Source of the DNA: Acidimicrobiia bacterium
GTDB lineage: Bacteria; Actinomycetota; Acidimicrobiia; Spongiisociales; ZC4RG35
Assembly (NCBI GenBank): GCA_036525795.1
Contig: DATCZS010000043.1
Span: 5,402 to 69,401, forward strand
Length of the DNA: 64,000 nucleotides
Direction of reading: 5' to 3'
Of this stretch, positions 1 through 8,347 are shown in pieces. Position 1 is the first letter of the stretch; each line of letters begins with the position of its first letter. A program made the position numbers and the translations under genes. The notes beneath the pieces are model-generated. The model was not told where the DNA came from. It did no database searches and worked only from the letters and a program-made list of their open reading frames with translations.

Positions 1-1950
1 GCCGCCCTGCTCCTCTATCCCACCAAGGCGCTCGCCCAGGATCAGCTCCGCAGCTTCGCCGACCTGGGGATCCCAGAGGTGGTCGCCGCCACCTACGACG
101 GAGACACCGCCTCCGACGACCGTGCCCGCGTCCGCCGGCGCGCCAACGTCGTTCTGACCAATCCGGACATGCTCCACGTCGGCATCCTCCCGGCGCACGA
201 CCGCTGGGCCGACTTCTTCCACCGCCTGGAGTTCGTCGTCGTCGACGAGATGCACACGCTGCGGGGGATCTTCGGCACGCATGTGGGGTTCATCCTCCGC
301 CGGCTGAGGAGGGTCGCCCGGCTCTACGGGGCGTCACCCACCTTCGTGTTCGGCTCGGCGACGATCGGAAACCCCGGCGAGCTCGCATCGGCGCTGTGCG
401 GTCTCCCCGTCGAGGTCGTCGACGAGGACACCTCGCCTTCCGGTGAACGAGTGGTGGCCCTGTGGAATCCGCCCATCACCGACGTCGAGATGAACCGGCG
501 CCGTTCGTCGCTGGCCGAGTCGACCGACCTCTTCTGTGACCTGGTGCGACGGGCCCACAACACCATCGCCTTCGTTCGATCGCGCAAGGCGACCGAGCTG
601 ATGTTCCGCTGGGCCAACGAACGGCTTCCGACGACCGTGCGCGACCGCGTCGCTCCGTACCGCGGCGGGTACCTGGCGCACGATCGGCGCCAGATCGAGG
701 CACGCCTGTTCTCGGGCCAGCTCACCGGTGTGATCGCCACCAACGCCCTCGAACTGGGGATCGACGTCGGCGGGCTCGATGCCGCCGTCCTCACCTCGTT
801 CCCCGGCACCATCTCGGCGTTTCGCCAGCAGTCCGGACGGGCCGGGAGACGGCGCGACCAGTCCCTGGTCGTCCTCGTGGCGGGCGAGGACGCCCTCGAT
901 CAGTACTTCATGACCCACCCGGAGGAGCTGTTCACCCGGCCACCCGAGGCAGCGGTGATCAACCCCGACAACCCGCTGATCGCCGAAGCCCACGTTGCAT
1001 GCGCCGCCAACGAGATCCCCCTCGAAGTCGACGACAGGGACACGCTGGGTGGACAGACCGAGGAGGCGGCCAACCGCCTGGTCCAGGCCGGGCACCTGCG
1101 CATGCGCGACGGCCGACTCTTCTGGGCCCGCCGCGGGCGTCCCGCCCCCCAGATCGACATCCGGGCGAGCGGCGGGCCCACCTACGTCGTCATCGCCCCG
1201 GAAGGGCCCATCGGGACCCTCGACGAGGAACGGGCGTTCCGCGACGGCCCCGAGGGATCCGTGTACCTGCATCAGGGCGACACGTTCGTTGTCGAGCGCT
1301 TCGACATGGAGCGGCGCGAGATCCGGGTGGCTCCGCGGCAGGTCGACTACTACACCCAGCCCAAGGTGGAGAAGGTGCTCGAGGTGATCGATGTCGAGCA
1401 GGAGGGACGGATCGGACCGGTCGGTCATCACCACGGGACCGTCAGGGTCGAGACCCACGTGGTCGGATATCAGATGCGCAAGCTCGGCTCGCGCGAGGTG
1501 CTCGAGACCGTGTACCTCGACCTTCCGCCGACCGTCTTCGAAACGGAGGGGATCTGGTTCACCATCCCCGAGATGGTGCTGGCCGCCGCCCGCATCGATG
1601 CGCACACCGCCCCTGGCGCACTCCATGCCGCCGAGCATGCCGGCATCGCCCTCATGCCCCTGATGGCGATCTGCGATCGATGGGACATCGGCGGGTTGTC
1701 GACTCCCTGGCACCCACAGTTCGGGTCTGCCGCCATCTTCATCTACGAGGCCTATCCCGGCGGGGCGGGCATCTCGCCGGTGGCGTTCCGGGCCGGCGCC
1801 GACCACCTCCGCGCCACCCTCGAGGCGGTGCGGGCGTGCCGGTGCACGGACGGCTGCCCGTCGTGCGTCCAGTCGCCCAAATGCGGAAACGGCAACGATC
1901 CCCTCGACAAGTCGGGAGCCGTGCGGCTGATCGAGGGGATCCTCGGCTGA
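1..1950 (+). CDS. DExH-box helicase with C-terminal DUF1998-type Cys4 module (MrfA/YprA-like); 5' end outside window
   Basis: Frame 1 is open from nt 1 (AALLLYPTKALAQDQL...) into listed ORF 79..1950. Motif II VVVDEMH, motif III GSAT, motif VI QQSGRAGRR. C-terminal CRCTDGCPSCVQSPKCGNGN. Confidence 0.85.
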   Translation, partial: AALLLYPTKALAQDQLRSFADLGIPEVVAATYDGDTASDDRARVRRRANVVLTNPDMLHVGILPAHDRWADFFHRLEFVVVDEMHTLRGIFGTHVGFILRRLRRVARLYGASPTFVFGSATIGNPGELASALCGLPVEVVDEDTSPSGERVVALWNPPITDVEMNRRRSSLAESTDLFCDLVRRAHNTIAFVRSRKATELMFRWANERLPTTVRDRVAPYRGGYLAHDRRQIEARLFSGQLTGVIATNALELGIDVGGLDAAVLTSFPGTISAFRQQSGRAGRRRDQSLVVLVAGEDALDQYFMTHPEELFTRPPEAAVINPDNPLIAEAHVACAANEIPLEVDDRDTLGGQTEEAANRLVQAGHLRMRDGRLFWARRGRPAPQIDIRASGGPTYVVIAPEGPIGTLDEERAFRDGPEGSVYLHQGDTFVVERFDMERREIRVAPRQVDYYTQPKVEKVLEVIDVEQEGRIGPVGHHHGTVRVETHVVGYQMRKLGSREVLETVYLDLPPTVFETEGIWFTIPEMVLAAARIDAHTAPGALHAAEHAGIALMPLMAICDRWDIGGLSTPWHPQFGSAAIFIYEAYPGGAGISPVAFRAGADHLRATLEAVRACRCTDGCPSCVQSPKCGNGNDPLDKSGAVRLIEGILG

Positions 1951-2029
1951 GGCGCCCGCACCAGACGACGATCGGGCCGTTCGCAGGTGACGTGAGGCGT
2001 TTCGACGGCGGCACCCACACCGGTCCGCT

Positions 2030-2962
2030 ATGAATCGGCAGATGCGGATCGGCCTGCTGCTGTTCGACGACGTGGACCTGTTGGACCTGGGCGGACCGTA
2101 TGAGGTGTTCCTCACGGCGTCCCGGCTGGCTGTGCGAGCCGGAGAGCCGCCGCCCTTCGAGGTGTGGACCATCGGGATGGGGCGGGCACCGGTCAGGTCG
2201 TACGGCGGGATGGGCCTGATCCCCACGCACACCTTCGAAGACATCGACGACCTGGATGTCGCGATCATCCCGGGAGCCATCGCCATCGACCGGGTCATCG
2301 CGGACGACCGGATCATGCGCAGCGCCGCATGGCTGACGGATCGGGCCCTGGTTGCCGCCAGCGTCTGCACGGGAGCGTTCGTGCTCGGAAAGCTGGGGCT
2401 GCTCGACGGGCTCGAATGGACCACGCACTTCGAGGACATCGACGAACTCGCTGCGCTCCTCGGAACCTCGGGCGGATCCGTCGCACGATGGGTGGACCAG
2501 GGCGACGTCGTCACCGCCGGCGGGCTCAGCGCGGGAATCGCCATGGCCCTTCACCTCGTCGATCGTTTCGCCGGACGATCGCTGGCACTCCGCACCGCCC
2601 GCCAACTGCAATACGAGTGGCACCCCGAGCCCCGGGGACCGGGCGGCAGGGTGGTCGCGCTGCTCTGGGCGGGGAAAGGAGGCCTCCCGGCGTTGGAGGA
2701 CTACGCCGCCCGGGCGCGACCCGTGGTCGAACACCACGGCGGATCCCTCGAGGTCGTCCGGCCCACAGAGGCCGGCGAGTGGGACACCGAACCGCCTGAC
2801 GAGGTACACGTCATCACATTCGAAGACGCCCCAGGGTGGGAGGCCTATCGCTCCGATCCGGCTCGATCCGCCCTCGCCGGGCTTCGCAGGTCCGCCGCCC
2901 GCCGCACCGTCGAACTCGGCGGCAGGACCCTGCCGATCGCCGGGAAGCCACGTCCTCAATAG
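2030..2962 (+). CDS. DJ-1/PfpI (GATase1-like) domain protein with DUF1330/Dabb-like C-terminal extension
   Basis: 310-aa ORF. MRIGLLLFDDVDLLDLGGPYEVF and nucleophile-elbow-like ASVCTGAFVLG. C-terminal EDYAARARPVVEHHGGSLEVV...VHVITFEDAPGWEAYRSDP. Confidence 0.7.
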   Translation: MNRQMRIGLLLFDDVDLLDLGGPYEVFLTASRLAVRAGEPPPFEVWTIGMGRAPVRSYGGMGLIPTHTFEDIDDLDVAIIPGAIAIDRVIADDRIMRSAAWLTDRALVAASVCTGAFVLGKLGLLDGLEWTTHFEDIDELAALLGTSGGSVARWVDQGDVVTAGGLSAGIAMALHLVDRFAGRSLALRTARQLQYEWHPEPRGPGGRVVALLWAGKGGLPALEDYAARARPVVEHHGGSLEVVRPTEAGEWDTEPPDEVHVITFEDAPGWEAYRSDPARSALAGLRRSAARRTVELGGRTLPIAGKPRPQ

Positions 2963-2971
2963 CATCGGGTC

Positions 2972-3586
2972 ATGTTCGAACTGACCGCTGCCCAGGCCCG
3001 GGTGCTCGGCGTCCTGGTCGAGAAGCAGATGACGACCCCGGAGTACTACCCGCTGTCGGTCAACGCCCTGACCGCCGCCTGCAATCAGAAGTCGAACCGG
3101 GAGCCTGTCGTCTCATTCGATGAGGCGACAGCAGAACGCGCGGCCCGCGAACTCGACGACCTGGGGCTGGCCGGCATCACCCGTTCTTCTGGAGGGAGGA
3201 CGGTCAAGTACCTCCACCACGCCGACTCGGCCCTCGAGATCGACGAGGAGCAGCTCGCGCTGCTCGCCGTGCTCTTGCTGCGAGGGCCGCAGACCCCGGG
3301 TGAGCTGAGGGCGCGCACCGATCGATACGTGGAGTTCGCCGACGTCGAGGCAGTCGAGGCCCGGCTGACCGATCTCATCACGCGTGACGTTCCGCTGGTG
3401 GCACGGCTGGAGCGGGAACCGGGCAGGCGTGAGCACCGCTATCGGTGCCTGCTTATGGGGGGTGCCGAAGAGGGACCGGCCGCGCCGGCACCCTCGCCGG
3501 CAGCCCCCGCAGAGGATCTCCTCGAGGTTCGCATCGCGGCGCTGGAAGCCCGCATCGCCCGGCTGGAGTCCGAACTCGGTCTCTGA
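2972..3586 (+). CDS. yceH: YceH/DUF480 (UPF0502) family protein
   Basis: MFELTAAQARVLGVLVEKQMTTPEYYPLSVNALTAACNQKSNREPV and LLLRGPQTPGELRART align closely with remembered E. coli YceH. C-terminal coiled-coil tail. Confidence 0.8.
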   Translation: MFELTAAQARVLGVLVEKQMTTPEYYPLSVNALTAACNQKSNREPVVSFDEATAERAARELDDLGLAGITRSSGGRTVKYLHHADSALEIDEEQLALLAVLLLRGPQTPGELRARTDRYVEFADVEAVEARLTDLITRDVPLVARLEREPGRREHRYRCLLMGGAEEGPAAPAPSPAAPAEDLLEVRIAALEARIARLESELGL

Positions 3587-3649
3587 GTGCTCCCCGAACT
3601 TCGCGCACAGGTCCACACTGGGTGTGGCTGCGAGCCCTGGGTTGGCGGA

Positions 3650-4504
3650 TCAGGCGAGGGAGTGTTCGGCGGCGGTGACGGCGTTGTGCATCAGCATGGC
3701 GATCGTCATGGGGCCGACGCCTCCCGGGACGGGGGTGATCGCCCCGGCCACCTGCGACACCGCCTCGAAGTCGACGTCGCCCACCAGACCGTCGGCGGTG
3801 CGGTTGATGCCCACGTCGATCACCGTCGCACCCGGCTTGACCCACCCCTCGCCGATCATGCGCGGCCGCCCCACCGCCGCCACCAGGATGTCGGCGCGTC
3901 GACAGAGGTCTGGCAGGTCCCTGGTGCGCGAGTGGGCCAGGGTCACCGTCGCATTGCGCTCCTTGCTCGACAGCAGCACCGCCAGCGGCCGCCCGACGAG
4001 GAACGAACGCCCGACCACCACCACGTGCGCCCCGTCGGTTTCGATCGCATAGTGGTCGAGGATCCTCAGACATCCGGAGGGAGTGCACGGCACCAGACCC
4101 GCCCGGTCGAGGATCAACTTGCCGAGGTTGGCCGGATGAAGCCCGTCCGCATCCTTGTCCGGGGAGATCCGTTGCACGGCCGCCTCGCCGTCGAGGTCAC
4201 CCGGCAGCGGCAGCTGAACCAGGATCGCATCGACGGTGGGACGGGCGTTGAGCTCGGCGATCAGGGACTCCACCTGATCCTGGGTTGCCGTGTCGGCCAG
4301 TTCGTGATGGATCGATTCGATGCCGAGTTCCTCGGCGGTGCGGCGCTTGTTGCGCACGTACACGTGTGAGGCCGGGTCGTTCCCGACGAGCACCGTGGCG
4401 AGGCCGACCGACTTCCCCCGCTGCGACAGCGCCTCCACCCGCGCCGCCACCTCGGTCTTGACCGCCTCGGCCACCGCCTTGCCGTCGAGGGTGATCGCCG
4501 TCAT
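3650..4504 (-). CDS. folD: Bifunctional methylenetetrahydrofolate dehydrogenase/cyclohydrolase
   Basis: MTAITLDGKAVAEAVK..., VVGRSFLVGRPLA, TPVPGGVGPMTIAMLMHN. ATG 4504 gives a homologue-like N-terminus; in-frame GTG at 4522 is the alternative start. Confidence 0.9.
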   Translation of the reverse strand: MTAITLDGKAVAEAVKTEVAARVEALSQRGKSVGLATVLVGNDPASHVYVRNKRRTAEELGIESIHHELADTATQDQVESLIAELNARPTVDAILVQLPLPGDLDGEAAVQRISPDKDADGLHPANLGKLILDRAGLVPCTPSGCLRILDHYAIETDGAHVVVVGRSFLVGRPLAVLLSSKERNATVTLAHSRTRDLPDLCRRADILVAAVGRPRMIGEGWVKPGATVIDVGINRTADGLVGDVDFEAVSQVAGAITPVPGGVGPMTIAMLMHNAVTAAEHSLA

Positions 4505-4589
4505 GACGCCGAACTCTGCCACGGCGATCGTCCGGGGGCGAACCGCGCCGGAGGCTCGTAGCCTGCATCCATCCGACCAGGAGAAGCAG

Positions 4590-4937
4590 ATGACTCACCC
4601 CGTTCCGTCCCACAGCGGCGCTGCCGCCATGCCGCTCGAGCCCGCCGGGCCGAGGAGCGGAGCCGACCGGGGAGCTCCCCTCGTCTCGTATGCCGAGATC
4701 TCGAACGACGGGCACATCGAGGTCGGGGTCTGGGAGTGCACCCCGGGCGGATGGGAGATCGTCGACCGTCCAGACACCGAGGTGGTGACGATCGTGAGCG
4801 GGCGGGGGACGATCACCGATGCCGACGGCACCACCCGGCCCCTCCACCCCGGCGCAGTGGTCACCCTGCCCAAGGGCTGGTCCGGACGCTGGGACATCGA
4901 CGAGACCCTGCGCAAGGTCTATGTGGTCGTGAACTGA
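4590..4937 (+). CDS. Cupin-fold protein (DUF861/EutQ-like)
   Basis: ATG 4590 preceded by AGGAGAAG. GVWECTPGGWEI...EVVTIVSGRGTITDADG...GAVVTLPKGWSGRWDIDETLRKVYV is a typical small cupin barrel. Confidence 0.65.
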   Translation: MTHPVPSHSGAAAMPLEPAGPRSGADRGAPLVSYAEISNDGHIEVGVWECTPGGWEIVDRPDTEVVTIVSGRGTITDADGTTRPLHPGAVVTLPKGWSGRWDIDETLRKVYVVVN

Positions 4938-4943
4938 ACGAGA

Positions 4944-6488
4944 TCAGTGGCGGAACTGACGCTCACCGGTGAACAGCATCGCCAACCCGAGCTCGTTGGC
5001 CCGCTCGATCACGGCTGCGTCCCGCATCGCTCCCCCCGGCTGGACGACGACGGCCGCCCCGGCTCGCGCCGCCACCTCGACCCCGTCGGGGAAGGGGAAG
5101 AAGGCGTCAGACGCCAGCGCCCCGCCTTCTGCCCGCCCGGCCGCCTTCGCCACGGCCAGCTCGCCCGACTCAACCCGGTTCTGCTGGCCGGCCCCGATGC
5201 CCCACGCCGTTCCGTCCTTGGCGAGCACGATGGCGTTCGAGCTGACGTGGCCGCACACCCGCCACGCCAGGGCGGCATCGGCGAGCTCGCCGTGGGTGGG
5301 CTCACGGTCTGTGACGACCGTCCATTCCGACGGGTCGGAGACGAAGGCGTATCTGTCCTGGACGAGCCACCCGCCGCAGGTCTGCCTGATGTGGAGACGG
5401 TCGCTCGTCGGTGGCGGCGCCTCGAGCACCCGGGTGTTCTTGCGTCGTGCCCTGATCCGCTCCACCACTCCCTCGTCGAAGCCCGGGGCGATGACCACGT
5501 CCGCCTGGGCGGCCGCCTCGACGCGCTCGACCGAGGCGAGGTCGACGGGATGCGAGAACGCCACGATCCCCCCGAACGCCGACCGGGGATCGCATTCGTA
5601 GGCATGTTGGTAGGCGGTCGCCAGATCGCTCGCCACCGAGGCACCGCACGGATTGGCGTGCTTGACGATCACCACGGCAGGACGCCGTTCCGGCCCGGAC
5701 AGGTCGTGCACCATCTCCCACGCCGCCCCGGCGTCGTAGATGTTCAGGTAGCTCAGCGGGAGGCCCTCGTGCTGGATCACGCCATCCCACCAGCTCGTCG
5801 ATCCCTCCTCCCGGTAGCGAGCCCCGGCTTGATGGGGGTTCTCGCCGTACCGCAGGATGTCCGCCCGCTCCAACGCCACGACGATCCGCTCGGGGAGGGT
5901 GTCCGCCTCCAGCCAGTTGACGATCGCTGCGTCGTATGAGGCAGTGTGGAAGAACGCCGCCCGGGCGAGCTTCCGGCGCAGATCGTCATCGAGGCCCCCT
6001 GCCCGGATCGCGGCGAGAACCTCGTCGTACTGGTCGGGCGAGGTCACGACTCCCACCCAGGCGTGATTCTTGGCCGCGGCGCGCACCATCGCCGGCCCGC
6101 CGATGTCGATCTGTTCGATGATTTCGGCCTCGCCCACGTCCGGGCGACTCACGGTCTCCTGAAACGGATACAGATTGGACACCACCAGCTGGAAGGGATC
6201 GATGCCCTGTTCCGCCAGGTCGTCTCGATGATCGGACCGCCCCATGTCGGCCAGGATTCCCCCGTGGATCCGGGGATGAAGCGTCTTGACCCTTCCCCCG
6301 AGCATCTCGGGAGAGGCGGTGACGTCTGAGACGAGCTGGACGGGCACGCCGGCCTTGACGATCGCAGCCGCCGTGCCCCCGGACGAGACGATGGCCACTC
6401 CGGCGGCGTGCAACCCCCGGACGAATTCGTCGAGCCCGGTCTTGTCGTACACCGACACGAGCGCCTTCCGCACCTCGATCCCGCTCAT
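4944..6488 (-). CDS. purH: Bifunctional AICAR formyltransferase / IMP cyclohydrolase
   Basis: MSGIEVRKALVSVYDKTGL..., LGGRVKTLHPRIHGGIL, C-terminal ...MLFTGERQFRH. 514 aa. The rest of listed ORF 4944..8060 is an upstream read-through artefact. Confidence 0.95.
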   Translation of the reverse strand: MSGIEVRKALVSVYDKTGLDEFVRGLHAAGVAIVSSGGTAAAIVKAGVPVQLVSDVTASPEMLGGRVKTLHPRIHGGILADMGRSDHRDDLAEQGIDPFQLVVSNLYPFQETVSRPDVGEAEIIEQIDIGGPAMVRAAAKNHAWVGVVTSPDQYDEVLAAIRAGGLDDDLRRKLARAAFFHTASYDAAIVNWLEADTLPERIVVALERADILRYGENPHQAGARYREEGSTSWWDGVIQHEGLPLSYLNIYDAGAAWEMVHDLSGPERRPAVVIVKHANPCGASVASDLATAYQHAYECDPRSAFGGIVAFSHPVDLASVERVEAAAQADVVIAPGFDEGVVERIRARRKNTRVLEAPPPTSDRLHIRQTCGGWLVQDRYAFVSDPSEWTVVTDREPTHGELADAALAWRVCGHVSSNAIVLAKDGTAWGIGAGQQNRVESGELAVAKAAGRAEGGALASDAFFPFPDGVEVAARAGAAVVVQPGGAMRDAAVIERANELGLAMLFTGERQFRH

Positions 6489-7060
6489 CGCCAGATCACC
6501 TTCCTCCCCTGGATCTCGAGTCGGCCCGCGCAGAAGGCCTCGACGACCCGCGGATAGTGGACGTGCTCTTCGCTCTGGATGCGGGCGTGGAGGGTGTCGG
6601 CGGTGTCCTCGGGGCGCACCTCGACGGGGACCTGGAGACAGATCGGGCCGTGATCGACCTGCTCGTCTACGAAGTGGATCGTCACCCCGGTCACGGTCAC
6701 CCCGTGGTCCAGGGCGTCGTCGACGGCGCGGGCGCCGGGGAATGCCGGCAGAAGCGACGGATGGACGTTGAGAATGCGGTGGGGGAACCGGTCGATGGCG
6801 TCCGATCCGAGGATGCGCATGAACCCGGCGAGCACCATGGCCTCGGCACCGGCCCGATCGACTGCATCGCACACGGCGGTCGTGAATCGACGGCGATCGC
6901 CCTGCCACTCGACGACCTCGGTGGAGATCCCGGCCATCCTCGCCCGCTCGAGGCCGTACGCCCCGGGCCGGTCGGACACCACCAGCACGATCTCGGCGAG
7001 CGAAGGGTCCAGCCGATCGATCAGCGCCTGGAGGTTCGACCCCGAGCCCGAGACCAGCAC
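6485..7060 (-). CDS. purN: Phosphoribosylglycinamide formyltransferase
   Basis: VLVSGSGSNLQALID, NVHPSLLPAFPG, HFVDEQVDHGPI. ATGA overlap with the purH start. True start may be upstream at ATC 7072 (see findings). Confidence 0.88.
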   Translation of the reverse strand: MLVSGSGSNLQALIDRLDPSLAEIVLVVSDRPGAYGLERARMAGISTEVVEWQGDRRRFTTAVCDAVDRAGAEAMVLAGFMRILGSDAIDRFPHRILNVHPSLLPAFPGARAVDDALDHGVTVTGVTIHFVDEQVDHGPICLQVPVEVRPEDTADTLHARIQSEEHVHYPRVVEAFCAGRLEIQGRKVIWR

Positions 7061-7328
7061 TGCGATGTCGATGGCGCGCTCCCTGACTGACCAGGCGGGA
7101 GTGTAGGTGCGCCACCGACCGGCCCCACTCTCGGCCTGGCACGGGCCGGAGACGGCCCGCTCGAGGGGCTCGGGTCACGAGCGGCCGTTCGACCCTACGG
7201 CGCCGGCACTGCCACCCGTACGGTTCGGACGAGCCGGAAATCCGGGTCGGGTCGCCGGGGATCGGAGCCCATGCATCGCCCGTCCGGGACCCGGTGGCAG
7301 CGAGATGGGCTGCCGGGAGGTACATGAC

Positions 7329-7571
7329 GTGTGTGTCGCCGTGCCTGGTCGAGTGATCGAGATCAGCGATGTCGACGGTGTCAGAGTCGCCCTGGTCGAC
7401 GTGGCAGGAACCGCTCGCGATGCGTCGCTCATCCTTCTCCCCGATGTGGCGGCCGGCGACTGGGTGATCGTCCACCTGGGGATGGCCCTGCGCCGCCTCG
7501 ACCCCGCCGAGGCACGCGAGACACTCGAGCTCCTGGGCGAAGCCGGGGTGCTGCCGGGCGGCGGGCCGTGA
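7329..7571 (+). CDS. HypC/HybG/HupF-family chaperone-like protein (orphan)
   Basis: GTG start followed by Cys: (M)CVAVPGRVIEI...VDVAGTARDASLILLPDVAAGDWVIVHLGMAL..LDPAEARETLELL. This parallels E. coli HypC (MCIGVPGQI...). 80 aa. Confidence 0.75.
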   Translation: MCVAVPGRVIEISDVDGVRVALVDVAGTARDASLILLPDVAAGDWVIVHLGMALRRLDPAEARETLELLGEAGVLPGGGP

Positions 7572-8344
7572 TCGAACCCGGTGTCGCCGGACCGGTGTTG
7601 TTCGCCCGATTCGCCTTTCCCCCCAACCAGCTCGGGTACTGCGGACCGGACGCCAACCGCAGCCTGCTCGAGTACGCCGCGGCAGGTGCGCACGACCCGG
7701 ATCTCGCCGCAATGGCGGCGGAGTTCTCCGGCGCCTGGCCCTACCTGCAGCTGATCGCCCACTCCAACGGAATCGCCGACCCGCTCGACGCGAGGGTGGT
7801 CGAGGCGTACTGGATCGGGAACGATCTGCTGGATCGGGTCGATCTGGTCGCCATGGGCAACTCGTTGCGCCACCGCTTCGAGGCCAGGGCCGGAACGGGC
7901 TGGACGGCGCTGGAGGAGACGATTCCTTTCGGGGCAGTACCCCATCACGCCTTTCACGTCTTCTCGGTGTACCCGTGGGTGGGAATGCTGCAGGATGGAC
8001 CAACCGCGCAGCCGCTGACGATCCTCGATCGGTGTCGCATTCGATGGGGAGTCGTGACACAGGTCGACCCGGCGGCGGTGACCGTGGAGAGCCGGCCCCT
8101 GGTTTGGACAGGCCGCCGCCTGGAGCTCGGGCCGGTCCGCCCCGAGCGGGCCCTCAGGGCGAAGGACGGGTATGCGCTCGCAGGGCCGGTCGAGGCGGGC
8201 GACACCGTGGCCCTGCACTGGGACTGGATGTGCTCCCGGCTCACGCCCGTCCAGGTGGCGAACCTGGCACGACGCCAGCAGCGCCAACTTCACATGACCA
8301 ACGAGCGACTGGCGCACCCAGGTCCCGCCGAGGTCCTCGCCTGA
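7568..8344 (+). CDS. Uncharacterised conserved-looking protein coupled to the hypC-like gene (possibly DUF6390-type; unverified)
   Basis: GTG 7568 overlaps the hypC-like TGA (GTGA). Motifs FPPNQLGYCGPD, VPHHAFHVFSVYPW, HWDWMC. Natural amino-acid composition. Upstream part of listed ORF 7331..8344 is out of register with hypC. Confidence 0.6.
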   Translation: MIEPGVAGPVLFARFAFPPNQLGYCGPDANRSLLEYAAAGAHDPDLAAMAAEFSGAWPYLQLIAHSNGIADPLDARVVEAYWIGNDLLDRVDLVAMGNSLRHRFEARAGTGWTALEETIPFGAVPHHAFHVFSVYPWVGMLQDGPTAQPLTILDRCRIRWGVVTQVDPAAVTVESRPLVWTGRRLELGPVRPERALRAKDGYALAGPVEAGDTVALHWDWMCSRLTPVQVANLARRQQRQLHMTNERLAHPGPAEVLA

Positions 8345-8347
8345 ACG

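Noticed and set aside
1228-1239. Additional GAAC-N4-GTTC strings: GAACGGGCGTTC at 1228-1239 inside the helicase gene and GAACGCGGGTTC at 61387-61398 inside msrA.
   Set aside because: Both lie deep inside coding sequence with GC-rich spacers and no extended palindrome. Roughly one such hit per window is expected by chance at this composition (rough estimate). They were not called as LexA boxes.
1-1950. Helicase plus DUF1998 module as part of a DISARM-like or other anti-phage system.
   Set aside because: The single-polypeptide DExH + DUF1998 layout matches the widespread MrfA/YprA repair helicase. No methylase, PLD nuclease or other defence partner follows it. The upstream context is outside the window, so this cannot be fully excluded.
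334-2544. Very long antisense or alternative-frame ORFs throughout the track. Examples: 334..2544(-), 1739..2965(-), 8791..11010(+), 18779..20173(-), 20596..23415(-), 26819..28537(-), 46622..47782(-), 51854..53473(-), 58475..60085(-), 61724..63943(-).
   Set aside because: Their translations are Arg/Gly/Pro/His-rich low-complexity strings with no motifs. They lie opposite or out of frame to genes with clear family signatures. This is the usual stop-codon paucity of GC-rich DNA.
7073-7328. Looked for a ZTP (pfl) riboswitch in the purN-purH leader, since these often precede purH/folD. The minus strand contains CCGCCUGGUCA next to the SD, resembling the conserved CCGCCUGGGCA 3' element.
   Set aside because: One core G is changed. 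I could not find the 5' sub-domain (GGGUCGUGACUGGCG...GG..ACC..GGGG type) at a sensible distance. A covariance-model search (Rfam pfl) would be decisive; without it I do not call it.
7329-7571. Taking the HypC-like gene as evidence for a hydrogenase maturation locus.
   Set aside because: No hydrogenase structural or other hyp genes occur anywhere in the window. It is reported instead as an orphan pair of unknown role.
4944-8060. A 1038-aa ORF that appears to fuse purH to a large N-terminal extension. Similar upstream extensions occur in 8348..10936, 9373..11862 and 59857..62148.
   Set aside because: Only the C-terminal parts match known proteins, and each has a good internal ATG with operon-style ATGA overlaps. 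The extensions overlap other well-supported genes and are compositionally aberrant.
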